Part shown: positions 1 through 12,000 of the stretch, piece after piece | How the letters are laid out: every line of letters begins with the position of its first letter | Position numbering within the stretch: the stretch's first letter is position 1 | NCBI GenBank assembly: GCA_973895155.1 | Contig: OZ316898.1 | Location: 14,228,330-14,292,329, forward strand | DNA: 64,000 bases | Direction of reading: 5' to 3' | DNA from: Marsupella aquatica | Taxonomy: Eukaryota; Plantae; Marchantiophyta | Notes under the pieces: generated by a model | What the model was told of the DNA's origin: nothing | Databases searched by the model: none | Seen by the model: the letters and a program-made list of their open reading frames with translations, nothing else | Translations under genes and position numbers: made by a program

Positions 1-1074
1 AACGTGATCCAACTCCAATATACAAGGAAGCTGAGACAATAGATGTTTCCTCTGCCTTGTGGTGTTTCAAAGCACGTAAAGGACCAGTGACAGGGCTGGT
101 AGGAATTCCAAAGAATGTTGCTGTCAAGGCAAGAGACTATCTCTTGACATGCATAGCAAGTGACAAATCCTAGACAGTAATGAAGCATGTAGTTTAGCAT
201 ACAGTTTAAAAGGCAACTCAGAATAGTAGTAGCCAGAGAACTCAAGTTTAGACAAGTCTTATCGTCTAAGTTAGTTAGTTGGTTAGTTTATTTAAGATAT
301 AATATTAGTTAGTGGGGCCTTAGTTTGGTGATATTAAGGCATGATATTATTGACATTCAAATGAATGTCCAGTAGACATTGTAATATACAACAATCATAT
401 TAATTGTTGTAAAGGGTGGTCAATCTTTTTTGTATTCAACCCTATAGTAATTAAATAGACAATTGAAACAATGAATGACAGTTTAATTAAGGATTTGTGC
501 ATGGATCAAGAGGTACTTGATGTCATTTAGTGATGCATTGTTATAAAGATCTTGCAACAAAACATTTGAAGTTTTTGACTATCCCACCAAATGTTAAAGA
601 GGTTGATCATTCATTAACTTATAATATTTAGATAAAATGAGAATTAATCTAATACTTTAGTATTCCTTAAATTGGGGTTATAGTGTTCGTTTTAATTGTT
701 GGGCCGCTTTAAAGAACAATAGGCATTTATTAAATGGGATATATTCCACAGAAGATGTCCATATAAGTTAGGTTTGCTCGCATTAGTCAGTATATACCCT
801 CCCTTTATACATGTCTTCCCTCTAGATTTTAAATATAAGATGTGAGACTCAACGGAATGGTGAACTACAATTCAGTTCTGTTGCTTCTTTGTATGCTTGC
901 TCATCCTATTGATGGTGTTCATCGCATTATATATTTGACTCTGACCCTGGGGCATTGTTCTTTTTATACGCAGGCTAGTACTCAATGGAATGAAAACAAT
1001 TCACCTCTGATAAGAGCTATGTGCTCCATATTATGAATTTGCATTGATACTTTTGCTTTGTTCATGTTTGATCA

Positions 1075-4000
1075 CAGGGTCAGCAGACGGCCAGCCCGGC
1101 ATGGGCCCCGACCCAGGAGTTCACCTTTCAAGGGAGTTACACACTATAAGAGGACAGGGAGATGGGAAGCACACATTTGGTGAGATGTGGTTCAAACTTT
1201 CGTAAAAAATGGTTCTAACTGATGCTAAAATCGTCAGCATAAGACTGAGTTTTGTAAGCAATGTTTTACTTCGATCACTTAAAGAGCTTGCTCTACTATT
1301 TTATTGAGAATGACACGGCAGCCTTACCGTCTTCTAGTCTTTCGTTATAGTAGCGTAGTAATCTAGATCTTAGCTAGACATCAATCAGGTCATCACTTGC
1401 TCGACTATTTTATTGAGAATGACACTGCAACCTTATCGTCTTCCGGTCTTTCGTTATAGTAGCGTTGTACTCTAGATCTTAGCCAGAAATCGATCAGGTC
1501 ATCACTTCTGCAACATATTCTTAAAATCTTAAAGTTCATGTTCCCCATTTGGGACTTAAAGTTACGTTCTTTCTTGCTGTCAGTAGTTTTTCTCTACCAT
1601 AATCACCCACTTTGTTTAACTCCTCGATCATTGAACAGTTATGCTTCATGAGTGTCATAGATCATTAATTTTCTTGTATGAGGTAGGTCTAAACAGATTT
1701 TCCGCGGATCCCCTCTTTCGATAAGTCCTCGCCTGTACCCAACTCATCTATTATATATCTCTACCGGGCTAGTTAACTACACATCCATTTTGTTGAACAT
1801 ATTCTTGATACGATGTAAAGACAACGGCTCTTTGGTTTTCCTCTACAATCTTCTACAAGCCTTTGACATATGCATCATCAATCTTTGCAGGGTCAACAGA
1901 AAACAAATATATCTAGGTACGCGTACACATATATGTATTCTGTGAAGTCATTTAAGAGGCTAGGCTCGAAGTACATTTCAGGTTTATCAGTCGTTTTTCC
2001 TGCATAACAGATATATTGGGAGACTAACAGCATTGTCTAAGTGATTTTCCTGGAGAATAGAAGTATCTTGAGAGACTAAGAGCATTGTCTATGCGATTGC
2101 AGGAGCTTCTTCTACTGCAGAGAGAGCCGCAAAGTAAGCCGATTCTTAATTTTTGTCTGAGGCAGTTAGTTTGTTAGTTGTGAGAGGCTTCATAGGGTAA
2201 TTTGATATAGCTTGGTCTCTTTCAGTTAATATTCAGCACTTCATAATTTTTTATATTCGCCATGGAATAAATAGTCACGCCGCCATCTCGAAAGTTGCTA
2301 GAATATAGCAATATAGTCTTTTCACATAAGTTCCTCCTTTTCACTCTTATTTGCATTTCTTCGCAAAATCCTTTGAAGAGCGTACAACTCTCACCTAAAA
2401 CGGGTTTTATACCCAGAACAGCTGTATAGTCAACTCTCTTAATTTCCCTCTTCTGACAGTCACGTCGATTTTGAGGATTGTTTTGTAAATTGAAAACATA
2501 ATGAGACTAAAACAATAACGAACTCTTTGCTGTGGCAGGGCGTATGATAGAGCAGCAATATATTTCGAAGAATCGGATGCAGATCTGAACTTTGGCCTGA
2601 CAGAATACGGGTGGGAGTTGCAACAGGTAAGGATTTTAACTGTAGCATGCTTTTAATAATCATAAGTATATCGATATTTGAGTTACTGGATCGGAGGGTA
2701 TATGGCTGCCCAGTGATAGCATGAATCATCCATGACTGGCTTAATTTTATGGAATCCCGTTTCGTTATTGGATAGTTTCGGATTGATACTATTGTAACAA
2801 TGGTTTGCTCTATCTGCTTCAGTTGATGGAGTTATCACAAGCTCAACTTGTGAGAATGCTACGGAAGCAAAGTGCTGGAAAAGGAACTCTGTACCCAGAG
2901 TACCCACCAATTACGCAGGTCCAAGAACCCCCAAGGAACACCGGGGCTTCCAAAGGAAAGAGAGTAGATCAGGTGGAACCCATACCTCCTACGAATTGGC
3001 AGCTTGATTCCGAGCTTGTTCCCAACCGCATCGAGGCTGACGGTTCGTGCAGTAGCTTCGTTAGAGGGATGGTCCAGTCACACCAGCCTCAGGGGGCAAC
3101 CTTCCATATACCCCAGGCTGCACATGTCTCCCAACGAAGCAGACAGTACATGCAGATTATCGATGATATGACAGCAGACCTTCAAAACCGCAGGAGTGGC
3201 TGAACTCGGCTGACCATCCTAGAATGATCAATCTGAGTGGCAAGTTAGAGTCTCAAGATATGTAATACTTAGCAAGAATCTGCTTAAGGCGTACATCTTA
3301 TAAACAGTCAGTATCTGTTTTTCATAGTATAGTTTGCATGATATAGTCCGATCATTAAACTTCGATCGGAACACGGCTGCTAATAGTCCAATAGTTTCGC
3401 CTACTTTTGTGAAGGACATACTTTCTTGTGAAGACTTTGTTTTTGCCAAACATGCAAAGCACCCGTTATATATATTATAAGTATTTTGAATTCTACCCTG
3501 TTTGCATATCTGATGCTAAATACACTTCCTCTTAAATGCTTTGGAGAAAAAAGTGAACCCAAACAGCAAACCCCCTTTTCCTGCACTTGCATTGGGTTTT
3601 GTCTCCAATTTATTTTGTGGTGTAGACATTTACAGCTGAAACTTGTTTTGCTGTATGAACATTTTGCTAAATTTTAAAGTTATAAGTGCTGCATGATATG
3701 CTAAATTGGAACTTCACAAAAAAATAGTGGCTAGGATGGTGGAAAAGCCATTGTTTCTATAGGAATGTGAAACAAAAAGTACAGATCTACTAGTTTTTGT
3801 GGTTGTGTTTGTTTGGCTTGGCTTTAGTTTGGCATCAAGAAATGTTGCAAAGGAAAGTTGCAAGACAAGTAGGTCATTATAATATGCAATTCAAGTTAAA
3901 GGTGTTGCAAAAAGACTGATTTGATAAAATGTTGTGGTTTTGATCAAACTTAAAAAATTAGAAAAGGTTTGATTTCTCTTTGAAACTCAAAGCTGAGAGA

Positions 4001-4423
4001 AATGCAAAAGCTAACACGTGTCTCACAGGTCTTAGTTCACATTCAACCCTAAATATTCCAACGTACCCTTTCTAGGAACATAGAAATAGTCAGTTGTAAA
4101 ACAATTCCTACCAGAATTATGTTGTGGTCGCCCTAAACTTATTTCATAGTTCACCACATTGTTGTCATCGATAAATTTTGTTTAGTGGTGACCCCGGTGG
4201 TGACCTAGATACCAGCAAGTTAAGTCCAAGTAAAATTAGTGAACCCCCCTGTGATGCTAGCACATTGAAGATTGCTATTCGACAGTCAAAGAAGATTCTA
4301 CGGAAAGTGTCAGCTGATGAGAAGAGGAATGTGCATCCTCCAAAGTCTGGTCCATCTACTATATAGCTAGTCCCTATAAGCTAGGGGCCTTCACTATCTA
4401 GGGCTGGCCAAGCTCCGGCCCTG
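1075..4423. mobile_element. Possible degenerate hAT-like DNA transposon remnant
   Basis: Left CAGGGTCAGCAGACGGCCAGCCC vs reverse complement of right end CAGGGCCGGAGCTTGGCCAGCCC; CAGGG ends are typical of hAT. No matching TSD and no recognisable transposase. Confidence 0.3.
1287..1507. repeat. Tandem duplication, 2 x ~110 bp
   Basis: CTTGCTC.ACTATTTTATTGAGAATGACAC...ATCAGGTCATCACTT occurs twice back to back. Confidence 0.9.
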
Positions 4424-4599
4424 TTGGGAAGACAGTTGTTGCTACCCAGATATTTGCCGGCGGGTCAGAGGTTGGGAGATCCTAAGAGGGGACAACGCTG
4501 ACTGGGGGATCAGCACATCTGGACCACTATAATTGGGACTCGTACTTCTTCTAAGAAACGCACTGGACAGAGTTCTCATGGCGGTGGACCAAGTGCACA

Positions 4600-6020
4600 A
4601 AAAAAAAACCAACATTGGAGAAAGTGCCAATTAAGTGAACTCATTTGGAGCAGAAGGCCCAATCACTGTCAATGGATGCTTGTGTGATGTATCAGGAAGA
4701 GTTTTGCAAAGATGTGGAGTTCAAGAGGAGACAATCACCATATATATTGATATTGGACAACTCTACCCACAGTTGGGCACAGTTTGGGAGAAATCTTTAG
4801 AACTATCAATCTATCAAGTGAGGCCTCTTGGTTGACCCAAAGGAGTGACCAAAGTGAGCCTCCTCCAGTAATGTCTGATTCAACCGTTGTGCCACTCCAT
4901 TCTGTTGCGGGGTCTCCGGTACAATGTAACAACACTTGAGGCCAAGGTCCTGACCAAATTGGTCAAACTCATTGGACTTATACTCGCCACCGTATCTGAC
5001 CAAACACACTTCAACTCCTTCTCAATTTGTAGCTCCACCATGGCTTTCCACTCCTTGAAGATCTCAAATACTTGAGACTTCTCCATCATGTAGTCTCGGG
5101 GGTCTCACTATATGGATGTCTCCCCATCCCCTGTGACGTTTTTAGGCCTCGGACCCCCTAAAATGTAAGAAAAAAAATATTATTTTTCAATCCCTATAAA
5201 GTTGGAATATTCTTGGAATATTCCAAAAATTTGGTTAGAAAGACCCTAATGTTCTTATAAGTCTCAAAATTGAATTTAAAGGACCCTATTGTTCTTCTAC
5301 AAAAATTCTTAAGTCTTCCCTTCAAACCAATAAATTGACCTTATACTTTGTCGCACGTGATGTGCCATTTTTGTGGAAGTGAAACCCCCGAGCATGTAGT
5401 ACAACCAACACATTCAAGAGTAAATCATCTACAAACGTCATAAAATATTTGGCTCCACCTAACGACGGCTCCAGCGCTCGACCCCAAACATCCAAATGTA
5501 CATACTCAAGAATCTCATGAGAATGGTAGGAACTTGAACTGAAACTTATAAGACACGTTGGACACACGTGATAAGAGGAACCCAAATCCAACATCCATTT
5601 ATCGTCATACACACAATTAACAACACCAATACATAGCGCTTTAGCACCATCCTCATGATTAGCAATCACTATGCCAGTCAAAGATGAAGATGCACCATCA
5701 GAAGTACCTAGACGCTTCTGCTTGGTCAAAGAAGGGCAAGACCACTTGGTGTGGCCCTTCTCATGGCAATGTCAACATTGAACCTTCTTACCACAAGACT
5801 TAGTTTTAGATTTGTTATGAAATCTAGACCTAGATTGATCCGCAATACGCTCAGTTGATCTACCTCTAACCACTAAGACAAGACACTCATCATCACAAAT
5901 AGATAGATGTTGCTTGCTCCATTATGCAAGAATAACTGTAGCCTTCACCGCATCCAGCTTCAACGTAGTCTTGTCATGCATGATGACTGTTACCAACATC
6001 AAAAAGCTCTTTGGAAGTGA
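4600..6020 (-). pseudogene. Decayed Ty1/copia gag-pol fragment (protease, integrase)
   Basis: WMLDLGSSYHVC (copia protease), LEYVHLDVWG...GGAKYFMTFVDD and KSQVFEIFKEWKAMVELQ, GGEY, TPQQNGVAQRLNQTLLE (copia integrase); protease precedes integrase; many frameshifts; split by a MITE. Boundaries approximate. Confidence 0.9.
5095..5392. mobile_element. MITE 1 (298 bp), 14-bp TIR, 8-bp TSD
   Basis: Starts CTCGGGGGTCTCAC, ends GTGAAACCCCCGAG (13/14 inverted match); flanked by CATGTAGT at 5087-5094 and 5393-5400; inserted in the copia integrase. Confidence 0.92.
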
Positions 6021-6045
6021 CTTTTGATTTTGAATGAATGTGATT

Positions 6046-7010
6046 CACTAGTGGAGCCCTAAACCCTAAACACTTTATCCCATTTTTAAAATTTCCTGCA
6101 TTTTTCAACCAAGAGCTTCATATCCGGTATCCCACTTTGCATCCAACATCATTTTCTCATATTTTGTCATGCCAAAACTGGATTTTTGAAGATTGAATCC
6201 CAAACCGGATACGTCATATCCCATTTGGGATTCATCCTTGTCATTTCCAAAAAGATATATGACTCTCACCTATTTTTCTAGTCTGACTTGGGAAATTCAA
6301 ATATGCATACAGAGTGTGGACTGCTCGGGAGCAAGCGGATGTGGGAGCGAGAAGAAATGAGCCAAAAGTTTTGAGTCAGGGATAACCAAGCATATATTCC
6401 CCCAAACAAATTTGAAGTCAAGTACAAACCCCAAAATTGAATCCACAAAAAAGAACTTGCAAGAGGACCCAGCACACGGTCGCCAGCCCATTGAGGTATA
6501 TATATGGCCCTACAAAACCTGAATTCAAGCACGGCCATAAAATTTCAATACCCTAAACCCGACCAAACCCCATATCCAAGCCAAACTCATATTGCAAGTT
6601 ACCCAACACAGCAGGCCAATTCAAACCCCCTTATTATTTAAGCCTTAAAACTAAGTTTCCCATATATATAAAACCCAAAGGAGAAGCATCACAAATCACT
6701 TGGGAAAGCCATTGAAGAGGTCCAATGAATTCTATGAGGGGTCCAATACAACCCGTAACGCAATGTCCAATTGTAGATCCCATACGTTATGCATCGGACA
6801 TTCCGATGCGGGATTGATCGGACTTTGCAGGAGTTATTGAAAACCTGAAGTCCCGATGCAGGTGCGAAAACCCACGCTTTGGGCCTTCCTTTTGACAATG
6901 TTCTTTGTGGCTTTTTGTGTAAGGCTGAGACAAGAAGAGCAATTGGGGAGGAGGAGAGATGGTGGGGGAGGGAGGATCGGGTGATGGAGGAGATGGGGCT
7001 GGGCCATCTT
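6046..7010 (+). mobile_element. Fragment of a relative of CACTA element A (divergent promoter region and start of TnpA-like gene)
   Basis: 6420-7000 is colinear with 34150-34750 (TACAAACCCCAAAATT, AACTTGCAAGAGG, GCCCTACAAAAC, TTGGGAAAGCC, ATGAGGGGTCC, CCGATGCAGGTG, GGAGGAGGAGAGATGG). CACTAGTG at 6046 may be a terminus. Confidence 0.7.
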
Positions 7011-7014
7011 GATC

Positions 7015-8014
7015 TTATGATGAGCTGATGAGAGATCTATTTGTTGCCATGTGTTCCCTCAGTTCGGTTTTGTATGCCAACCTCATCCCACCCTGTGTAG
7101 TCATGTCTCCTCTTTGCACTAATGCTTCCGCTTCCCTATGCACCCTGCCACAAAAATCATCTTCACATTTTATAGAATCACATAGAGTGCAAGTGAGGTT
7201 TTCAAAACCACCTCCATTAATGGACACCTTGTGACATTGCTTGTGCCTAAAACACCCTATATACCAACAACTAACTGACTAGTTACATTGAAAACCTCAG
7301 CACAGGATGTACGGTCACAATCCCACTGACACATTTCCTCCCTCTTGATCATCAAGTATGCCTTTCACAGCCATAGAATCCCTTGTCCACTTCACCTCTG
7401 ACTCCCACAAACCCCAACAAAGCAAACTTAAACTTGGCTCAATGGAGGAATACAACCCACCTCTGCCTAAACTGCTCCCTGCAGCAGAGCTGTCCTCTCT
7501 AAAGAAATTCAGAATAGAATTTTGAGATGGAAACAGATCATGAGCATCAGGCTTCCTTGGTCTCCCCTTCTTCCCTGCCCTCAGTGCAGCCTGGGTACTG
7601 GTGACGACGTTCTCAAGTGCATCCATATGATCCCGACAGACAAGGTGTTGCCTTAAATTGTGTTCCAAATTGGATTTCTTAGGGCACATGTCAGTATGTA
7701 GCTTGCCACAGACTATACATGCATCTGACCTTAAACAGGAATGACCTCTGTGCAAATGTTGGATTAGTGGGAGATGGTGTGATAGAGAACACTTCTACCA
7801 TGGGCCCACCTACCTCTGCATTCAACTTTCCCACTATTTCCACACCAGCCCCTATTTGCATACTATGATCAAACAATGGCTGTTGTATAGTGTCAGCAGC
7901 CGTTACCAAAGCCCCAGGTATACCCCTTTGCTTCCACCAATTGTCCTTGTGTTTAGGGTTGGTCATGTGCTTTGTCTTGAAATTGCTAAAGAAATTTGCA
8001 ATGGACTTGAGCAC
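7015..8014 (-). pseudogene. Frameshifted Cys/His-rich ORF fragments, probably a DNA-transposase N-terminus
   Basis: Consecutive minus-strand ORFs (7691-8014, 7315-7755, 7015-7227) with CIVCGK...NLRQHLVCRDH and CTLC motifs. Confidence 0.45.
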
Positions 8015-9021
8015 CTGTGAATTGGTTGCATTCCCATAAGTCTTCCTACACTCTAAGCATTCATCAATAGTTTCACTAATTCTGGAATATTATTAACGAT
8101 TTGGAAATTTCATAACAACTTTTTGGAAATTGAAATCAACTAAATTGTAGATAAATATGAGACTTATCAATATCATATTTGAAATTTTTTGATCAAGATA
8201 TATGAAGCTTAACAAGCTACTCCTAATAAATCTATGCATAACATACAATGTACTCTAGAACTCAAGTTATAGGGAAAAGAATAATTGGTGTTGGAAATTT
8301 CATGATCAAAAATTGGACAAAAGAATGTCCAGAGTTAGTGAAATCACTGATATTCTAGATGACCTCGACACTCCTCTCCCTCATCCCACGTCCGCACTCT
8401 CCACTTGTGCTCACCAAAGCCCTTCTGCACAAGGAAGATCTGCAAGGTTAGGAGTTTGAAAGAGGGGAATATATGGGGTAAGTAGGGAAATTAACCCCAA
8501 CGTACCTCATGCTCCCCGCCCCCTTACTATTGGGGGTAATTTCCAGAAGATGAGTTGGGAATTCATTCCCCTCTTATCAAAGCGATTCATGGTAAGGTAT
8601 TTGTCCCATATTTAGTAGGGAACCAAATCTCCTTGTAGTGGACGGGCTGCTATGCTTGTAAATTACCTATGTCCCTAGGGTAATCATTCGGTGTGTCTTG
8701 CAAGTGCATAACCTAAACCCTAAACACACACAAAAGAACACAAGAAAGAATACCAAAGAAACAGTGGACATGAGAAACAGTGGACATGATTCAAAGATGA
8801 AGTGTTCAATTCATAATGCTCCCGCAGGAGGCTCGAACAGGTACATATGTGGCAAGGAAAGACCCACTCAGGCTCTGTCCTCCTAGTCTCATCGTTGTCC
8901 CGCTGCACTAAAATCACAACGGGAGGAAACGAGAGTGGCACTGACAAGTAAACGAACAGTAAGAGTGTCACTGCCTAACTGACTCAAGCACCGAAGAGAG
9001 CCTTAGCTAAAACTCATCTAG

Positions 9022-12000
9022 CTACTCTGATGCATTGAACCTCTGCTGCCGATTCTCTCCCAGAATGAACTCCAGATTTTGTTCCATGTTATCTTTTTTC
9101 CCGGTTGCACAGCCATACATGATGTCCCTGATCATCACTCGTTTTTTGTTCTGCACAAAACATGCAACATGCGTACAATTAGAGACCACATATATGGAAT
9201 TTGTAATTCATCATTACTAGTGAGTGCGTGCAGGAATTGTTAGGCAAAGCACGCGAACTGAAATACCCCAATAATACCCCATACACAGAGTGACTTTATT
9301 CACCTTGCAGTCCACGCAAGCACTTCTAATCTTACCTGCAGCTCCAAAATCTTCAACTCAATCGAATCTTTGGCGATAAACCTGACAACTTTCACCGGCC
9401 TTGTTTGCCCTATACGATGTGACCGATCGACGGCCTGGTCCTCTACCGTGGGATTCCACCACCCGTCTACCATAAGAACATGTGTAGCCTCAGTGATGTT
9501 GAGTCCTGTGTTCGTTGCCATCAAGGACAAGAGGATAATGCTGATCTGCATGAAATGAGTAGAAACAGTTTAATTAGAATATGAAGAGTTTACCCTTTGA
9601 ACAAATACAGACACCGATCTGCACGGATAATGACGGTTGTACCTCTGGGGTCGTCTTGAAATCATTCAAGGCTTGTTCTCTGACATTGGAATTCATTCCT
9701 CCATCAATCCTTGTGAACTTTAGACCAGCCTTCAGAATGTGTGGCTCAAGCATGTTGAGACACGAAGTCCATTGTGAGAAAACAAGAGCCTTCTGCCTGG
9801 GCACAAAGCTTTCGCTGCTGCCCTGTCTTGTAGTGTCCAGCGGAATCGACTTCAGGTATTCCAAGACTGCATCAAATTTTGGAGAAGGTGGGTGTCGGAC
9901 ATCATATTCTCTTCGCGCCTTCCCTTTTGACTCCGCACCACCATTCACTAGCCTCAAATCAGCTGGCCTGTATAGGACCTGGGCTGTCACGTATTTTGAA
10001 CATTTTGCCGATTTGCAGGTTCCAGCTTCCCGGTCTATTGCACAAATGCCACAGTATACATGGCCATAGCCAGAAATCTGAAATGGACTTCCAATCAAGC
10101 CCCCCTGCACAATCCAACCGTTAAAGTGAGTGCGTGCAGAAATTGTTAGGCAAAGCACGTTAATTGAAATACCTCAATCATACCCCAATAATACCCCAAT
10201 CATACCCCATACATAGAGTGACTGTAGTCACCTTGCAGTCCACGCAAGCACTTCCAATCTTCAATTGCTGAAACTCTGACACGAGTCGGGCTCGTTGAGG
10301 CTCACTAAGGGGCGTTCTTTGCACTTTGTTCCCAATCTCCTCTTCGCAAATTTTACATAAGGAAGGAAGTTTTGGGTGCACTGCAAATTGTCGCAACCGG
10401 AGCAGAACGCTCAACACATTCGATAAGGCACCTCTTTCGGCGTCACGGAATTCCTACAACATTACAGGCACATTAATTGCCACCGAACAGACACCTTCAA
10501 GGGATCAAATTGAACTCTCATACGTCTTCAACATTGGGGATTATTAAGAGCCTTACGTACCTTGTATAACTCCTTACTCTTTTCCTCCTGATCAAAATAA
10601 GCGTTTCGTTCTTGCTGTGTTCTCCATTCAACAATTTGCACCTCGATCATCTTAGGGGGCAGTGGGAGTATGCCTGCATGTAAGCACAGTGGCAGGGTAA
10701 ATGCACAATTGATAAAGAAATCAGGCTTGGGATTAAACAAAGTGAACTCTACCATGATATATGCATGCACGCTTACTTTTGTCTCTCCTGAGCGCAATCG
10801 CAACCAAGTGTTTCGAGAGGATGCCATTCGCTATCTTTGGCCTTGTCTTCAGCAGCTTCTTTAACTGCGAGAATTAATTCCACTCTCCTAGAGGATAATA
10901 CCTCAGAAAACTGAAGTAAGGAAATAGATCAGAAGCCTCGTTCTGTATGGGTGTACCGCTTAGGCACCACCTCCTCTCTGCCTTGAGACAACGCGAGGCC
11001 TTGAAATTTTGACTAGTTTTATTTTTCATGACATGACACTCATCCAGGACTACTCTAAGCCAACTAATCTTAAACAGTGGACCTACAAGTCTAGGTTTTT
11101 TTACAGGTCTCTTCATACTCCCTTTTGGCACGCTGGACGTCTTTGGAGCAATGGGAGACTCCCCTGTCATGATTGAGTACGTAGTGACAACCACGTCATG
11201 GCTTGAAATAAAGTTGATGTCTTTATTCCTCTTGTTGTGGTAGAGGAGGACCTTCACTTTTGCTATCTTGGAGGTCCTTGCAGCTATTTCTTGGCCCCAT
11301 TGAATCACCACGCTGGCTGGACAAACAACTAGAGTTGGCCCACACTTATGAGGGCGATTCGCGAGAAATAGCGCTTTGACATGCATGGTTTTCCCCATTC
11401 CCTAAAAAAATCCAAGCCAAGAAAACGGTCAGGGACCCACTCACTTGCAGACAAGGTGCGCGCGTACCCCTAACATACTCCAAAAATACCCCCAAAGTAT
11501 CCCGCTGAATGAAAATAATGAGTGCGACTTCGGCTTAATTTGGGGGCTTTTGTACCTGGTCATCCGCCAACATCCCACCAATTGGAGAGCTTTTTCCGGA
11601 TTCGTGTTCCAACATCCATGCAAGACCAATCCGTTGGTGTGGATATAGAGCTGTAGTCATTGTACCAGGTGGAGGGCATGCCTCCTCTGTCAAGTGAGAC
11701 CCTTGGATATCAATCTGCGGATCCCGCTCACAGCCAAGTTAGATATGCTTGAACATTGTTTCTGAAAAAACAGTAATCACACAACAAAGGAAAAAAATCG
11801 CTAACCTTTCCACTCTCTGTGGCACACTCTTCCCAGTGAATGTCTTGTTCTGAATGCTCGTCATCCTCCACTTCATCTTCTTCTTCTTCTTCCTCTACCT
11901 CTTCCTCTTCCTCCACTTCGATAGCCCTCCTCTTCGCTGGTGAGTGACTGCCACTCGGAATAGAGTCCTCTCGCCCTCTCTTTGAAGCACGAGGCAAATT

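Noticed and set aside
2805-3203. 132-aa ORF as a host gene
   Set aside because: No recognisable domain and a non-ATG start; probably a TE remnant.
1142-8640. CACTATAAGA at 1142 and CCTTGTAGTG at 8631-8640 as the ends of one CACTA element
   Set aside because: Poor match beyond the first few bases, flanks differ (ACA vs GAC), and the enclosed content is heterogeneous.
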